A stretch of DNA of 64,000 bases from an uncultured Bacteroides sp. (lineage in GTDB: Bacteria > Bacteroidota > Bacteroidia > Bacteroidales > Muribaculaceae), in NCBI GenBank assembly GCA_964397235.1, contig CAYNHP010000001.1, positions 12,495 to 76,494 of the forward strand, given 5' to 3'. Within the stretch, counting starts at the first letter, position 1. Every line of letters begins with the position of its first letter. Shown piece after piece: positions 46,657 to 56,175 of this stretch. The position numbers and the translations under genes were made by a program. Below the pieces are notes generated by a model. The model was not told the DNA's origin and ran no database searches. It saw nothing but the letters and a program-made list of their open reading frames with translations.

Positions 46657-47073
46657 ATGACCATTAAAGCTACATACGACGAACTCAGCCGATACGCCAA
46701 AGAGCGCTTCGGCCAGCGCATTGCCTTCAGACGCGTCGACGACCGCACCCTGCAGTTGACCTACTCCAAGCTTTTCCTGAGCAAGGACATCGACCTGCGC
46801 GTGGAAGCCGTCGAACCCGCCGGGGTGGTTCTGAAGTACGATTCGGGCGTAGGTCTGATCGACAGCATCATACGCGGTGCGGTAGAACGTCTCAGTTCCG
46901 GTTTCCCCGGAGCAATTAGTTTTAAGGACGGCTCGCTGATTGAGGTGAATTTCGCTGCCATTCCACAAATGCTGACGCTGATGGCAAATGCGGCCCTGAA
47001 AGACATCGCCTTTGACGAAACTCACGCACATGTCGAATTGACATTAAAAGTACCTGAAGATGCGCAGAATTAG
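46657..47073 (+). CDS. Hypothetical protein (138 aa)
   Basis: Well-formed ORF between ftsK and the lolA-like gene, overlapping the latter's start. Confidence 0.7.
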   Translation: MTIKATYDELSRYAKERFGQRIAFRRVDDRTLQLTYSKLFLSKDIDLRVEAVEPAGVVLKYDSGVGLIDSIIRGAVERLSSGFPGAISFKDGSLIEVNFAAIPQMLTLMANAALKDIAFDETHAHVELTLKVPEDAQN

Positions 47074-47674
47074 CATATTAACTTTCCTGACGGCTCTTCT
47101 GGCGACCTTAGGCGCCTCCGCCGCTCCGACAGCCCACCAAATCCTGGCCGGCGTGCGGAAGGCTATGTTTGCCAAACCGTCGGTTGAAATCATGTTCACC
47201 CTTACTTCCGACGGTGCCTCAACCCAAGGCTCGGCAGTGATGCAGGATGCCATGTTTACTTTCGCCACTCCGCAGTTTCTGGCCTGGTACGACGGTTCTA
47301 CTCAATGGGCGTTCCAGCTCAGTACCGAAGAAGTGAACATCTCCGAGCCTACAGCCGAAGAGGTTATGGCCCTCAACCCGTTCGGTATCTTGGGCGACGC
47401 ACATAAGTATTATAATGTGTCGGTGAGTAAGAGTGCGCCGGGCATGGCCTCGGTGAAACTTACACCAAAGGCCAAAGGCACCGGTATCCTGTCCATCACG
47501 GTGGACACCGATGCGGCCAAATATATCCCTCGAGCCATACATATTGCCTTCGACGACGGGCGCTCAATGACACTGACCATCGATCGCCTCACTCCAGGCA
47601 ACCGTCTTCCGGCCAACAACTTCCGCTACGATTCCAAGCGCTATCCCGCACGTGAAATAATTGACTTACGATAA
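47060..47674 (+). CDS. LolA-like lipoprotein carrier protein
   Basis: Signal peptide; WYDGSTQW, EVNISEP, EIIDLR C-terminus; ftsK-lolA-trxB synteny. Confidence 0.85.
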   Translation: MRRISILTFLTALLATLGASAAPTAHQILAGVRKAMFAKPSVEIMFTLTSDGASTQGSAVMQDAMFTFATPQFLAWYDGSTQWAFQLSTEEVNISEPTAEEVMALNPFGILGDAHKYYNVSVSKSAPGMASVKLTPKAKGTGILSITVDTDAAKYIPRAIHIAFDDGRSMTLTIDRLTPGNRLPANNFRYDSKRYPAREIIDLR

Positions 47675-47689
47675 CCCTACCCACTGAAT

Positions 47690-48631
47690 ATGAAAGAGAT
47701 AACCACCAAATGCCTCATTATAGGCTCAGGCCCCGCGGGCTATACCGCCGGCATCTACACTTCCCGCGCCAACCTTCAGCCCGTCATGATTGAAGGCAAC
47801 CAGCCGGGCGGTCAGCTCATCACCACCACTGAAATCGAGAACTTCCCCGGCTTCCCCGAAGGCATCACGGGTCCCAAGCTCATGGAAGAAATGCGCGCAC
47901 AGGCAGTCAAGTTCGGCCTCGACATAATCCCCGGCATTGCAACGGAAGTCGACTTCAAGGAGCGCCCCTTTACGGTAAAGGTCGGTAGCGACACCACCAT
48001 CAAGGCCGAAACAGTGATTATATCTACCGGGGCCTCAGCCCGTTACCTCGGTCTGGACGACGAGCAGAAGTACCTCGGTATGGGGGTTTCCGCCTGCGCT
48101 ACCTGCGACGGTTTCTTCTTCCGTAAGCGCGTCGTGGCAATCGTGGGCGGCGGCGATACGGCATGCGAAGAAGCGCTCTACCTTGCCGGCCTCGCGTCGA
48201 AGGTTTACATGATTGTGCGTCGCGACCAGCTGCGTGCTTCAAAATATATGCAGCGCAAGGTTTTCGAGCATCCCAACATCGAAATTCTTTACAACACCCA
48301 GACCGAGGGTCTTTTCGGTACGGACGTACTCGAAGGCGCTCATCTTGTAACGAACAAGGGCACCGAGAACGAGAACCATTACGACATTGCTATCGACGGC
48401 TTCTTCCTCGCTATCGGCCATACGCCTAACACTGAGATATTTAAGGGTCAGATTGACCTCGACGACGAAGGTTATATCAAGACCCACGGCCACCGCACGG
48501 AAACTAACGTCATGGGCGTCTTTGCCGCCGGCGACGTTGCCGACCCCTACTACCAGCAGGCTATATCCGCCGCAGGTATGGGTTGCCGGGCCGCCATCGA
48601 AGCCGAGCACTTCATCCTGATGCACGAATAA
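47690..48631 (+). CDS. trxB: Thioredoxin-disulfide reductase
   Basis: IIGSGPAGYTA, SACATCDGFF, GGGDTACEEA, FAAGDV. Confidence 0.98.
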   Translation: MKEITTKCLIIGSGPAGYTAGIYTSRANLQPVMIEGNQPGGQLITTTEIENFPGFPEGITGPKLMEEMRAQAVKFGLDIIPGIATEVDFKERPFTVKVGSDTTIKAETVIISTGASARYLGLDDEQKYLGMGVSACATCDGFFFRKRVVAIVGGGDTACEEALYLAGLASKVYMIVRRDQLRASKYMQRKVFEHPNIEILYNTQTEGLFGTDVLEGAHLVTNKGTENENHYDIAIDGFFLAIGHTPNTEIFKGQIDLDDEGYIKTHGHRTETNVMGVFAAGDVADPYYQQAISAAGMGCRAAIEAEHFILMHE

Positions 48632-49113
48632 TGCCTAAAGCAGTAAAAACCAACGCCATACGCCTGCTGGAGCACGCCGGTATACCCTTCACGGCAATTC
48701 CCTACGAGTACGATGAAGAGTATGTCGACGCGGCCCATACAGCCGCCACGCTCGGCGAAGACATCAACCGCGTTTTCAAAACCCTGGTGCTTCGTGGCGA
48801 GCGCAACGGGCTCTTCGTATGCGTGGTGCCCGGAAATGCCGAGGTCGACCTCAAAAAGGCTGCCGCGGCATTCGGCGACAAAAAAGCAGAGATGATTCAC
48901 ATGCGCGAGCTTTTGCCCACCACCGGTTATATCCGCGGGGGATGCTCGCCTGTGGGCATGAAGAAAGCCCTGCCGACATTCTTCCATTCGTCGGCCCTGG
49001 ATTACGACTCCATCTACGTCAGTGCCGGCCAGCGTGGACTCCAGTTAAATATTGCCCCTCAGGCACTTATCGACTTCGTCGGCGCACGGGTGGCGGACCT
49101 AATTAAGGCATGA
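48631..49113 (+). CDS. ybaK: Cys-tRNA(Pro) deacylase
   Basis: KTNAIRLL, VFKTLV, TGYIRGGCSPVGMKK, SAGQRG. Confidence 0.95.
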   Translation: MPKAVKTNAIRLLEHAGIPFTAIPYEYDEEYVDAAHTAATLGEDINRVFKTLVLRGERNGLFVCVVPGNAEVDLKKAAAAFGDKKAEMIHMRELLPTTGYIRGGCSPVGMKKALPTFFHSSALDYDSIYVSAGQRGLQLNIAPQALIDFVGARVADLIKA

Positions 49114-50108
49114 ATACTTTCGGTAACATCTTCCGGCTGACTTCCTTCGGCGAGAGCCATGGCCCGGCGATCGGCGGGGTCATTGACGGTATGCCTGCCG
49201 GTGTGACCCTCGACCTCGGAGCAGTTCAGGCTGAGGTGGACCGTCGTCGTCCAGGCCAATCGGCACTGACAACTGCCCGCCGCGAGGACGACAGTGTGGA
49301 ATTCCTCTCAGGAATGATGAACGGTGTAACCCTCGGCACCCCAATCGGTTTCATCATCCGCAACACCGATGCCCGGAGCAAAGACTATACCGACGTTGAA
49401 CACACCTTCCGCCCGGGGCATGCCGACTACACCTACACGGCTAAATATGGCCTGCGTGACCACCGCGGAGGAGGTCGTTCTTCAGCCCGCGAAACGGCTG
49501 TGCGCGTGGTGGCCGGTGCCGTTGCACGTCAGGCTTTGGAGCAGGTAGGTATCAACGTTGAGGGTCGTATATTATCTGTTGGCAACGTGGGCCCGGAAGG
49601 CATGGAAGAGGCAATCCTCGAGGCTAAGCGGGAGCTGGACTCTCTTGGAGGTATAGTGGAGGGGCGTATCACCGGAGTCCCTGCCGGGCTGGGCGAACCC
49701 GTATTCGGCAAGCTTCAGGCCATGCTGGCCTCCGCCATGATGAGCATCAACGCCGCCAAGGGGTTCGAGTACGGACTCGGTTTTGAGCACGCCCGCATGC
49801 GAGGCTCCGAAACCATCGACGAATTCGTGAACATTGACGGTTCGATTCATGCGCCACACAACTATTCCGGGGGTATTCAAGGAGGTATTTCCAATGGTGA
49901 ACCTATAACTTTCCGGGTTGCATTCAAGCCGGTGGCATCATTGGCACGGCCAATGAATACTGTCGACGACAGCGGTCAACGCACCATTCTCCGGCTCAAA
50001 GGGCGTCACGACCCGTGTGTGGTTCCCCGCGCCGTCCCCGTCGTAGAGGCTATGGCATGCATGGTTGTACTCGATGCGCTGCTTATGTCACGTGTTTCAC
50101 GCTGGTAA
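49110..50108 (+). CDS. aroC: Chorismate synthase
   Basis: FGESHG, RPGHAD, GGGRSSARET, GGISNG, GRHDPC. Confidence 0.98.
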   Translation: MNTFGNIFRLTSFGESHGPAIGGVIDGMPAGVTLDLGAVQAEVDRRRPGQSALTTARREDDSVEFLSGMMNGVTLGTPIGFIIRNTDARSKDYTDVEHTFRPGHADYTYTAKYGLRDHRGGGRSSARETAVRVVAGAVARQALEQVGINVEGRILSVGNVGPEGMEEAILEAKRELDSLGGIVEGRITGVPAGLGEPVFGKLQAMLASAMMSINAAKGFEYGLGFEHARMRGSETIDEFVNIDGSIHAPHNYSGGIQGGISNGEPITFRVAFKPVASLARPMNTVDDSGQRTILRLKGRHDPCVVPRAVPVVEAMACMVVLDALLMSRVSRW

Positions 50109-50119
50109 AAAATTATATC

Positions 50120-51031
50120 TTGCCGAATCCTTATTATAAAGACTACGCCGACTTCTTGGCTGAGCATTTCGACGGCAAGGTGCAGAAAATCTCCGTCGAC
50201 GTCGGTGGCACCTGTCCCAACCGCGACGGCACACTCAGCACTGGTGGATGTGTTTACTGCAACAATGAAGCATTCAGCCCTATGTTTGCAAAGCGCGTCC
50301 TGCCGGTGGTAGAGCAGCTTGAAAAGGGTAAAGCCTTTTTCCGCCACAAGTACCCGACGATGCGGTATCTTGCCTATTTTCAGTCATATACTTCGACCTA
50401 CGGCGACCATCTTTCCAAGTTTTCGGCCGCTCTCGCCGACGCCGAAGTCGTCGGACTGGTCATCGGTACACGTCCCGATTGTATTCCGGACGAACTTTTG
50501 CGTGAACTCGAAGCTTTGCGGGTGGCTACCGGCAAGCCGATATTTATTGAACTCGGGGCGGAAACGGCTCATAATCAGACGTTGAGCCGCATTAACCGCT
50601 GCTGCACACGTGAGACTACCGAGGACGCAGTGCGCCGTATAGCCGCGGCAGGATTTCCAGTGGGTCTGCACCTTATACTCGGCCTACCCGGGGAGAGTGA
50701 GGAGATGATGCTCGCCACTATTGCTTGGCTCAACAAGCTGCCTGTGGATACTGTAAAATTCCATCAGCTACAGATACTTAGAGGCACGCGCATGGCAACC
50801 GAGATGCCTACGGATATCATTAACTTCACACCGGAATCCTACGCTGAATTATGCGCTAAAATAGTGTGGTTGTTGCGTCCGGACATCGCCATCGAGCGAT
50901 TTGTGGCTCAGTCGCCATCCGACCTGCTGATTGCTCCGCGCTGGGGGCTCAAAAACTACCAGTTCACAAATCTGTTGCTGAACGAGCTGGCAAAAAGTTC
51001 GGCAAGTTCGGCCAACTCCACCGGCCGGTAG
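50120..51031 (+). CDS. TIGR01212/YhcC-family radical SAM protein
   Basis: CPNRDG...GGCVYC, YFQSYTSTY, IGTRPDC, KFHQLQI; TTG start inferred. Confidence 0.9.
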   Translation: MPNPYYKDYADFLAEHFDGKVQKISVDVGGTCPNRDGTLSTGGCVYCNNEAFSPMFAKRVLPVVEQLEKGKAFFRHKYPTMRYLAYFQSYTSTYGDHLSKFSAALADAEVVGLVIGTRPDCIPDELLRELEALRVATGKPIFIELGAETAHNQTLSRINRCCTRETTEDAVRRIAAAGFPVGLHLILGLPGESEEMMLATIAWLNKLPVDTVKFHQLQILRGTRMATEMPTDIINFTPESYAELCAKIVWLLRPDIAIERFVAQSPSDLLIAPRWGLKNYQFTNLLLNELAKSSASSANSTGR

Positions 51032-51879
51032 GTCGGTAACAAGCCGCTGAGCACGCCCAATTGGCCCAATACCTCATTTGGCGTGTGATGTGCACGTAAG
51101 TACTCCATATTCAACGACTTGTCCCGCTTGGACAAACGCACGCCCTCGGCGTTGGTCACCAGCGGCAGGTGTGCGAAGCGGGGCGGTCGGTAGCCCAGAA
51201 GTTCGTAGAGATAGAGTTGCTGGGCTGTTGAGAGCAGGAGGTCACTGCCACGCACCACCTCTGTGATGCCCATCAGCGCATCATCCACAACCACCGCGAG
51301 CTGGTATGCCCACGCCCCGTCGGCGCGCCGGAGCACGAAGTCGCCGCAGTCGTGAGCCAGATTGAAACTCTGCGGCCCGGCAATGGCGTCCGTGAATGTT
51401 ATTTTGCGGTCGGGCACCCAAAGGCGCGATGCATGAGGGGATTCAGGTTCGTCCACCTGCCGAGGCATACCGTCGGGGCAGCAGTTGCGCGAATAAATCA
51501 CGCGTCCGTCGCTTTGATGTGGCGCCTGTGTGGCCATGATTTCAGCCCGTGTACATGTGCATGGATAAACCACGCCCAGGTCCTTGAGACGATTGAGCGC
51601 ATCGGCATATAAATCAAACCGTTGGCTCTGAACATAAGGCCCGGAGTCTCCGTGGTTTTCGAGTCCTCCTTCGTCCCATTTCAGCCCCAGCCAGAGGAGG
51701 TCGTCTTCAATGAGGCGTGCAAATTCAGCCTTAGAGCGCTGAGGGTCAAGGTCTTCTATTCGTAAAATCCAGCTGCCATCCTGCCGACGGACATTCAGGT
51801 ATGAGAGCAGGGCGGTGTAGAGGTTGCCCAGGTGCATTCGGCCCGAGGGCGATGGGGCGAACCGTCCGCGAACACTCAT
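50956..51879 (-). CDS. gluQ: tRNA glutamyl-Q(34) synthetase GluQRS
   Basis: RFAPSPSGRMHLGN, RIEDLD, YQLAVVVDD, VRGSDLL, RLSKR; no anticodon-binding domain. Confidence 0.92.
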   Translation of the reverse strand: MSVRGRFAPSPSGRMHLGNLYTALLSYLNVRRQDGSWILRIEDLDPQRSKAEFARLIEDDLLWLGLKWDEGGLENHGDSGPYVQSQRFDLYADALNRLKDLGVVYPCTCTRAEIMATQAPHQSDGRVIYSRNCCPDGMPRQVDEPESPHASRLWVPDRKITFTDAIAGPQSFNLAHDCGDFVLRRADGAWAYQLAVVVDDALMGITEVVRGSDLLLSTAQQLYLYELLGYRPPRFAHLPLVTNAEGVRLSKRDKSLNMEYLRAHHTPNEVLGQLGVLSGLLPTYRPVELAELAELFASSFSNRFVNW

Positions 51880-52388
51880 CCTATTGTGGGCGAAAATTCG
51901 GGCAGGAGGGTGAAGAACCGGTCGCCATAAATTGCCTGACCGTCGGCCAGCGATTGGGCTACACACACGTCGCCTGCCAGTCCGCAAATGTCGATGTGTT
52001 CGATTCCGTCGTTTTTAATTATGCGCTCGATATGTTCCCGGGCATCGTCGTTGGCAAAAATGGAGTACTCTTCTTTGTGGGCATCTCCACCTTTGAGCAA
52101 AAGGGTATATTCGGGCTGATTTGCTTCTAAAGCCTTAGCGAGTCCGGGCCAAATCTTAAATCCCTCGGTGCCGACCACGCAGTGAGCCGGCCACTCCCCG
52201 CCGTTGCTTACGAACGAGCAGTGGTTGGCCGGATGTGCATCGGAGGTAATCACAACCTGAGCGTATTCATCTCCATGGGACTCAATAAACTCAGCGAGGG
52301 CGTCCATTGCTTCTGCGGCTTCCGGCACAGGCAGGCTGCCGGTTATGAAATCAACCTGCGGGTCGACGATCATGAGCAACTTTTTCAT
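51876..52388 (-). CDS. pncA: Nicotinamidase/pyrazinamidase (isochorismatase family)
   Basis: VDPQVDFITGSL, DAHPANHCSF, WPAHCV, GLAGDVCV. Confidence 0.88.
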   Translation of the reverse strand: MKKLLMIVDPQVDFITGSLPVPEAAEAMDALAEFIESHGDEYAQVVITSDAHPANHCSFVSNGGEWPAHCVVGTEGFKIWPGLAKALEANQPEYTLLLKGGDAHKEEYSIFANDDAREHIERIIKNDGIEHIDICGLAGDVCVAQSLADGQAIYGDRFFTLLPEFSPTIG

Positions 52389-52390
52389 GA

Positions 52391-53278
52391 CTACATCACG
52401 TTGAGTACCTGCTCTTTAATCTGCTCGAGGATATCCTTCATGCGTACAACTATTGCCTGCATTTCGGCGTGGTTGCTCTTGGAGCCGAGGGTATTGATTT
52501 CACGACCCATCTCCTGAGCGATAAAGCCCAGCTTTTTACCCTGACCGGGCTGGGGAAGGGCCATCGTTTCCATGAAATAGTTCAGATGTTTGCCCAGACG
52601 TTGTTTCTCCTCGGCCACATCGAGTTTTTCGATATAGAAAATCATTTCCTGCTCAAGGCGTCCCTTATCGTATTCGATTACCGGAATCTTTGCCAGACCC
52701 TCCTCGAGGCGCGCCCGGATTCGGTCGAGGCGTTCGCGCTCGTAGCCTGAAACCGACTCTAAAAGGGCGGCAATGGCCTCGATGCGCACGGTAAAGAACT
52801 TTTCCAAAGCCTCGCCTTCAGTGCGACGGTGGGCCATAAGGGCATCCACGGCCTCCTTGGCAGCCTCGAACAGGGCGGCTGCCTGGGCTTCGTCGGCGGC
52901 TTCGGGGGTAGTTGTATGCACTGAATCCGGCATTCGCAAAAGTATTGAGAACCAATCGCTTGGCTCGGGAACTCCGAGGGTAGCGGCAGCTTCGGATATC
53001 TGACGTTTGTACTGCGCCATTGCGGCCATGTTCAGGCTGGAGGCTGCCTCGGTGTTTGCCCCGGCGAGGTCCTCTACGGTGATGGTAACGTCAACCTTGC
53101 CTCGCTCCACCGGATGCCCGATGATGTTACGAACTTCAAGTTCGTGCTCGCGGAATGCGAACGGCAGGCGGACGTTCATGTCCAATTGCTTGGAATTCAA
53201 CGACTTTATCTCAACTATAATCTTCTTCGATTCGGTGCTACGCGAAGCTTTGCCGAATCCGGTCATCGACATCAACAT
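52391..53278 (-). CDS. YicC/YloC-family endoribonuclease
   Basis: SMTGFG, EIKSLNSK, RGKVD, QEMGREINTLGSK, IKEQVLNV. Confidence 0.95.
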   Translation of the reverse strand: MLMSMTGFGKASRSTESKKIIVEIKSLNSKQLDMNVRLPFAFREHELEVRNIIGHPVERGKVDVTITVEDLAGANTEAASSLNMAAMAQYKRQISEAAATLGVPEPSDWFSILLRMPDSVHTTTPEAADEAQAAALFEAAKEAVDALMAHRRTEGEALEKFFTVRIEAIAALLESVSGYERERLDRIRARLEEGLAKIPVIEYDKGRLEQEMIFYIEKLDVAEEKQRLGKHLNYFMETMALPQPGQGKKLGFIAQEMGREINTLGSKSNHAEMQAIVVRMKDILEQIKEQVLNVM

Positions 53279-53452
53279 GCTCAAAAAAATATATTTCGGT
53301 CCAAGCACATTGCCTGTCCCAAATCTGTCACAAAGTTAGTGATAATTTTTGAAACCCCACCTACCTTTCCCAAGATTTTGAATAACCTTTTCAAAAGCCT
53401 CCACCGAGGAATGCACCCTTCTTAAAAACAATCAATTTAATAATTTACACGA

Positions 53453-53940
53453 TTATTTGATTAGACCTTTCAGACGCTGATTCAATATTTGTACAAGGTC
53501 AGCATCAGTTTCAATGCTTCCTGTCGTTATACAAGCGGTGGGATTCTTTTCTTTCCTTTTCATAAATGCATACGGCACACCATAGGAATCCAAATCCCTT
53601 CCCGAGCCGGTTTTAAATAAAACGCCACAGGAATGAGAGCCGTCCCAAAAGCCACCAAACTTGCTATGCTCAATGCCTTCAGCTATCAGGCGGGAAGCAT
53701 GGGTCCAAATGTCATAAATATTATGTTTGTAAAGGACAACCTTGTACCAATCGGGTTCGAAATTCACCACAGTCCCGCTCCAATTTCAGGCTCCACCCAG
53801 CGGTCCTCATACCCCATCGCCCATGCGATGCAATTATAAACATCACTTGTATCGCTCAGAATATGGAAGTTCGGGTCTGCACCAAGATCGGGAAATGCAC
53901 GTATCAGTTCCTGTCGGTTGAAAGGAGTATCGAGAGCCAT
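53453..53940 (-). pseudogene. Disrupted Cys/His papain-like protein (DUF7689-like)
   Basis: 5' part 53940-53764 translates MALDTPFNRQELIRAFPDLGADPNFHILSDTSDVYNCIAWAMGYEDRWVEPEIGAGLW*; the 3' part is in another frame (KVVLY...WTHASRL...SKFG...SYG..YAFMKR). Confidence 0.65.
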
Positions 53941-54341
53941 TTATCGCATGCTTCTTTTAAACTAACGAAACCGTTGTACTTCATCACACCAGGAAAAATG
54001 AGATCGAGAGCGCGCACCAACTGGCTTGGGCCCTTCTTGAGTTCCTCAACTATAAACGGAACTGCGTCGATGCCCATATTTACAATCTCCTTGAAATGAG
54101 AGTTCTCCAAGTTGTTGGTAGGAAGGAATTTAGTCTCTTGATTCCAGTACTTGAGGTTTTGAAAAAAGTTAGCTGATTTCTCTATTTCGCCTGTGTCAAT
54201 GCTATTTGATTCGCCGGTTCTTGAAATGGACGTAATTGATGATGAAAAGACAAACACCGAGTCGCTACCTTTCAATTCTCTTTCCGTGAAAGAAATCGAC
54301 GGTTGTTCGGTAATTTGTGTTATATAATCAATCTTTCTCAT
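53904..54341 (-). CDS. Hypothetical protein with C-terminal HEAT-like helical domain
   Basis: HFKEIVNMGIDAVPFIVEEL...ALDLIFPG...KWL; overlaps both neighbours; AT-rich. Confidence 0.7.
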   Translation of the reverse strand: MRKIDYITQITEQPSISFTERELKGSDSVFVFSSSITSISRTGESNSIDTGEIEKSANFFQNLKYWNQETKFLPTNNLENSHFKEIVNMGIDAVPFIVEELKKGPSQLVRALDLIFPGVMKYNGFVSLKEACDKWLSILLSTDRN

Positions 54342-54714
54342 TTCTCAGTTCCACTTTAAAAACATGTTTTGCAACTCTTTGCTTGTCGAAAAATATCTCG
54401 AAGCAATATTTACCGGGGTGCTCAAATATCAACCCCTTTAATCCGGCGACTACATTTAATTTCTGCATATTTTCCATACGTTCGAAAGGGCTGCTCGCCT
54501 CAAAAATCTTCTCCGAATTATCATCGGATGCGATGTTGAATGTCAAACGGTCAAAGGATTTCTCACATCCTTCCATATTTATCTTTGCAGCAATGGAAAA
54601 ATAAGCTCTCCATGGGAATTTAGACGCCTTGATAGAATCGAAAGTATCTACTATGGTAAGCTTACCGTTCGTCTCGGAAGCGTATTCGCAGAGGGTCAAA
54701 ATTTCCGGGTACAT
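54328..54714 (-). CDS. Beta-rich hypothetical protein (DUF6941-like)
   Basis: MYPEILTLCEYASETNGKLTIVDTFDSI...LIFEHPGKYCFEIF; minus-strand TAACTTTG promoter at 54750-54757. Confidence 0.7.
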   Translation of the reverse strand: MYPEILTLCEYASETNGKLTIVDTFDSIKASKFPWRAYFSIAAKINMEGCEKSFDRLTFNIASDDNSEKIFEASSPFERMENMQKLNVVAGLKGLIFEHPGKYCFEIFFDKQRVAKHVFKVELRNEKD

Positions 54715-54893
54715 AATTTGGGTGGTCAGGTTCCTTTTCTTGCACAACGCAAAGTTAGCTAAAAAGTTTGTTATAATCAAATTAACCAAGTTATTTATCC
54801 AAAACTTAGAATGCTATGATTACGCGCGAAAGATTTTTCCCCGCAATGCATGGGAATAAGAAGAATTTTGTATCTTTGCACAAAAAGAAAGCA

Positions 54894-55598
54894 ATGGCTG
54901 TAATTCTCAATATAGAAACAACGGGAAAGGTGTGCTCTGCGGCACTTACTGCGGAGGGTATGATTCTTGCTCATCGTGAGGACTTCGAAGGGCGCAACCA
55001 CGCACTCCTCCTGAGCGATTTCATCAAGTATTGTCTTGATTTTGCCAGAGATAAAGAGTTGAAGCTCGAAGCCGTGGCCGTGAGCCTCGGACCGGGCAGT
55101 TACACCGGACTCCGTATAGGCCTCAGTGAAGCAAAAGGTCTGGCGTATGCACTTGATATCCCTCTGATAGGTATCAACACCCTCGAACTCATGGCTACCC
55201 GGGTCATGTTCTCCGTCGACGGTATCGATCCCGAAACAATCTTCATACCCATGATAGATGCCCGGCGCATGGAGGTTTATACAGCTGCTTACGACTTCGG
55301 ACTCACCCCGCTGCTCGAACCCCAAGCGATGGTTCTAAGCGAAGATTCCTTCGCCGACCTCAAAGCCAGCGGCCGACCGATTCTTGTCTTCGGTAGCGGA
55401 GCGGAAAAAGCGCGCGAAATCCTGACCGCCGACTGTCCTCAAGCCCAATTCGTTCCCGACGTGGAGCCGCTTGCCGTGGACATGATAGCACTGGCCGACC
55501 GCGCACATCTCAGCCGCAATTTCCTCGACACAGCCTATTGCACTCCAATATACCTCAAAGATTTTCAGGCAACTAAGCCTAAACATAAAGTGCTCTGA
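54894..55598 (+). CDS. tsaB: tRNA t6A biosynthesis protein TsaB
   Basis: ILNIETT, VSLGPGSYTGLRIG, PMIDARRMEVY; promoter TATCTTTG at 54871. Confidence 0.96.
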   Translation: MAVILNIETTGKVCSAALTAEGMILAHREDFEGRNHALLLSDFIKYCLDFARDKELKLEAVAVSLGPGSYTGLRIGLSEAKGLAYALDIPLIGINTLELMATRVMFSVDGIDPETIFIPMIDARRMEVYTAAYDFGLTPLLEPQAMVLSEDSFADLKASGRPILVFGSGAEKAREILTADCPQAQFVPDVEPLAVDMIALADRAHLSRNFLDTAYCTPIYLKDFQATKPKHKVL

Positions 55599-56173
55599 TG
55601 TTCGATAACGAAGACCTCCGTCAAGCCATCGCCACGCTCCGCAGCGGAGGCGTCATTCTTTACCCTACCGACACGGTGTGGGGTTTGGGATGCGATGCAC
55701 GCTCGTCGCAGGCCGTTCGGCGCATATTCAGTATCAAACAACGGTCTGACGCCAAGGCACTGATAACTCTCGTTGGCTCGTTGGCGCAGTTGGAGCGTAC
55801 TGTAACAGGCATCCCGGATGTAGCTTACCAGCTCATTGAGTACGCCGACCGTCCCACTACAATAATTTACGACGGCATCAACCCCGCCGCAGGAATTGCA
55901 CCCGAACTTGTGGCTGCCGACGGAACTTTGGCCGTGCGTGTGACAGCCGAGGAGTTCAGTCGCGAACTCTGCCTGCGCTCGCGCATGCCGCTGGTTTCTA
56001 CATCGGCTAACTTAAGCGGGCGTCCGACCCCGGCCACCTTCGCTGAAATTGAACCGGACATTGTAGCAGCTGCGGACTATGTCTGCACCACGCGCAGGAC
56101 GGATACCACACCTCATGTCCCCTCATCGATAATTCGTTTGAGTGAGGATGGTCTTTTTAAGATAATACGTTGA
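55598..56173 (+). CDS. tsaC: L-threonylcarbamoyladenylate synthase
   Basis: LYPTDTVWGLGCDA, IKQR, LVSTSANLSG. Confidence 0.9.
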   Translation: MFDNEDLRQAIATLRSGGVILYPTDTVWGLGCDARSSQAVRRIFSIKQRSDAKALITLVGSLAQLERTVTGIPDVAYQLIEYADRPTTIIYDGINPAAGIAPELVAADGTLAVRVTAEEFSRELCLRSRMPLVSTSANLSGRPTPATFAEIEPDIVAAADYVCTTRRTDTTPHVPSSIIRLSEDGLFKIIR

Positions 56174-56175
56174 TA

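Noticed and set aside
50956-51031. 76-bp convergent overlap of radical SAM and gluQ genes
   Set aside because: Tail-to-tail overlap of non-conserved C-termini; ordinary.
17893-56173. Two Sua5/YrdC paralogs as a novel system
   Set aside because: A TsaC plus a YciO-like paralog is common, and the genes are unlinked.
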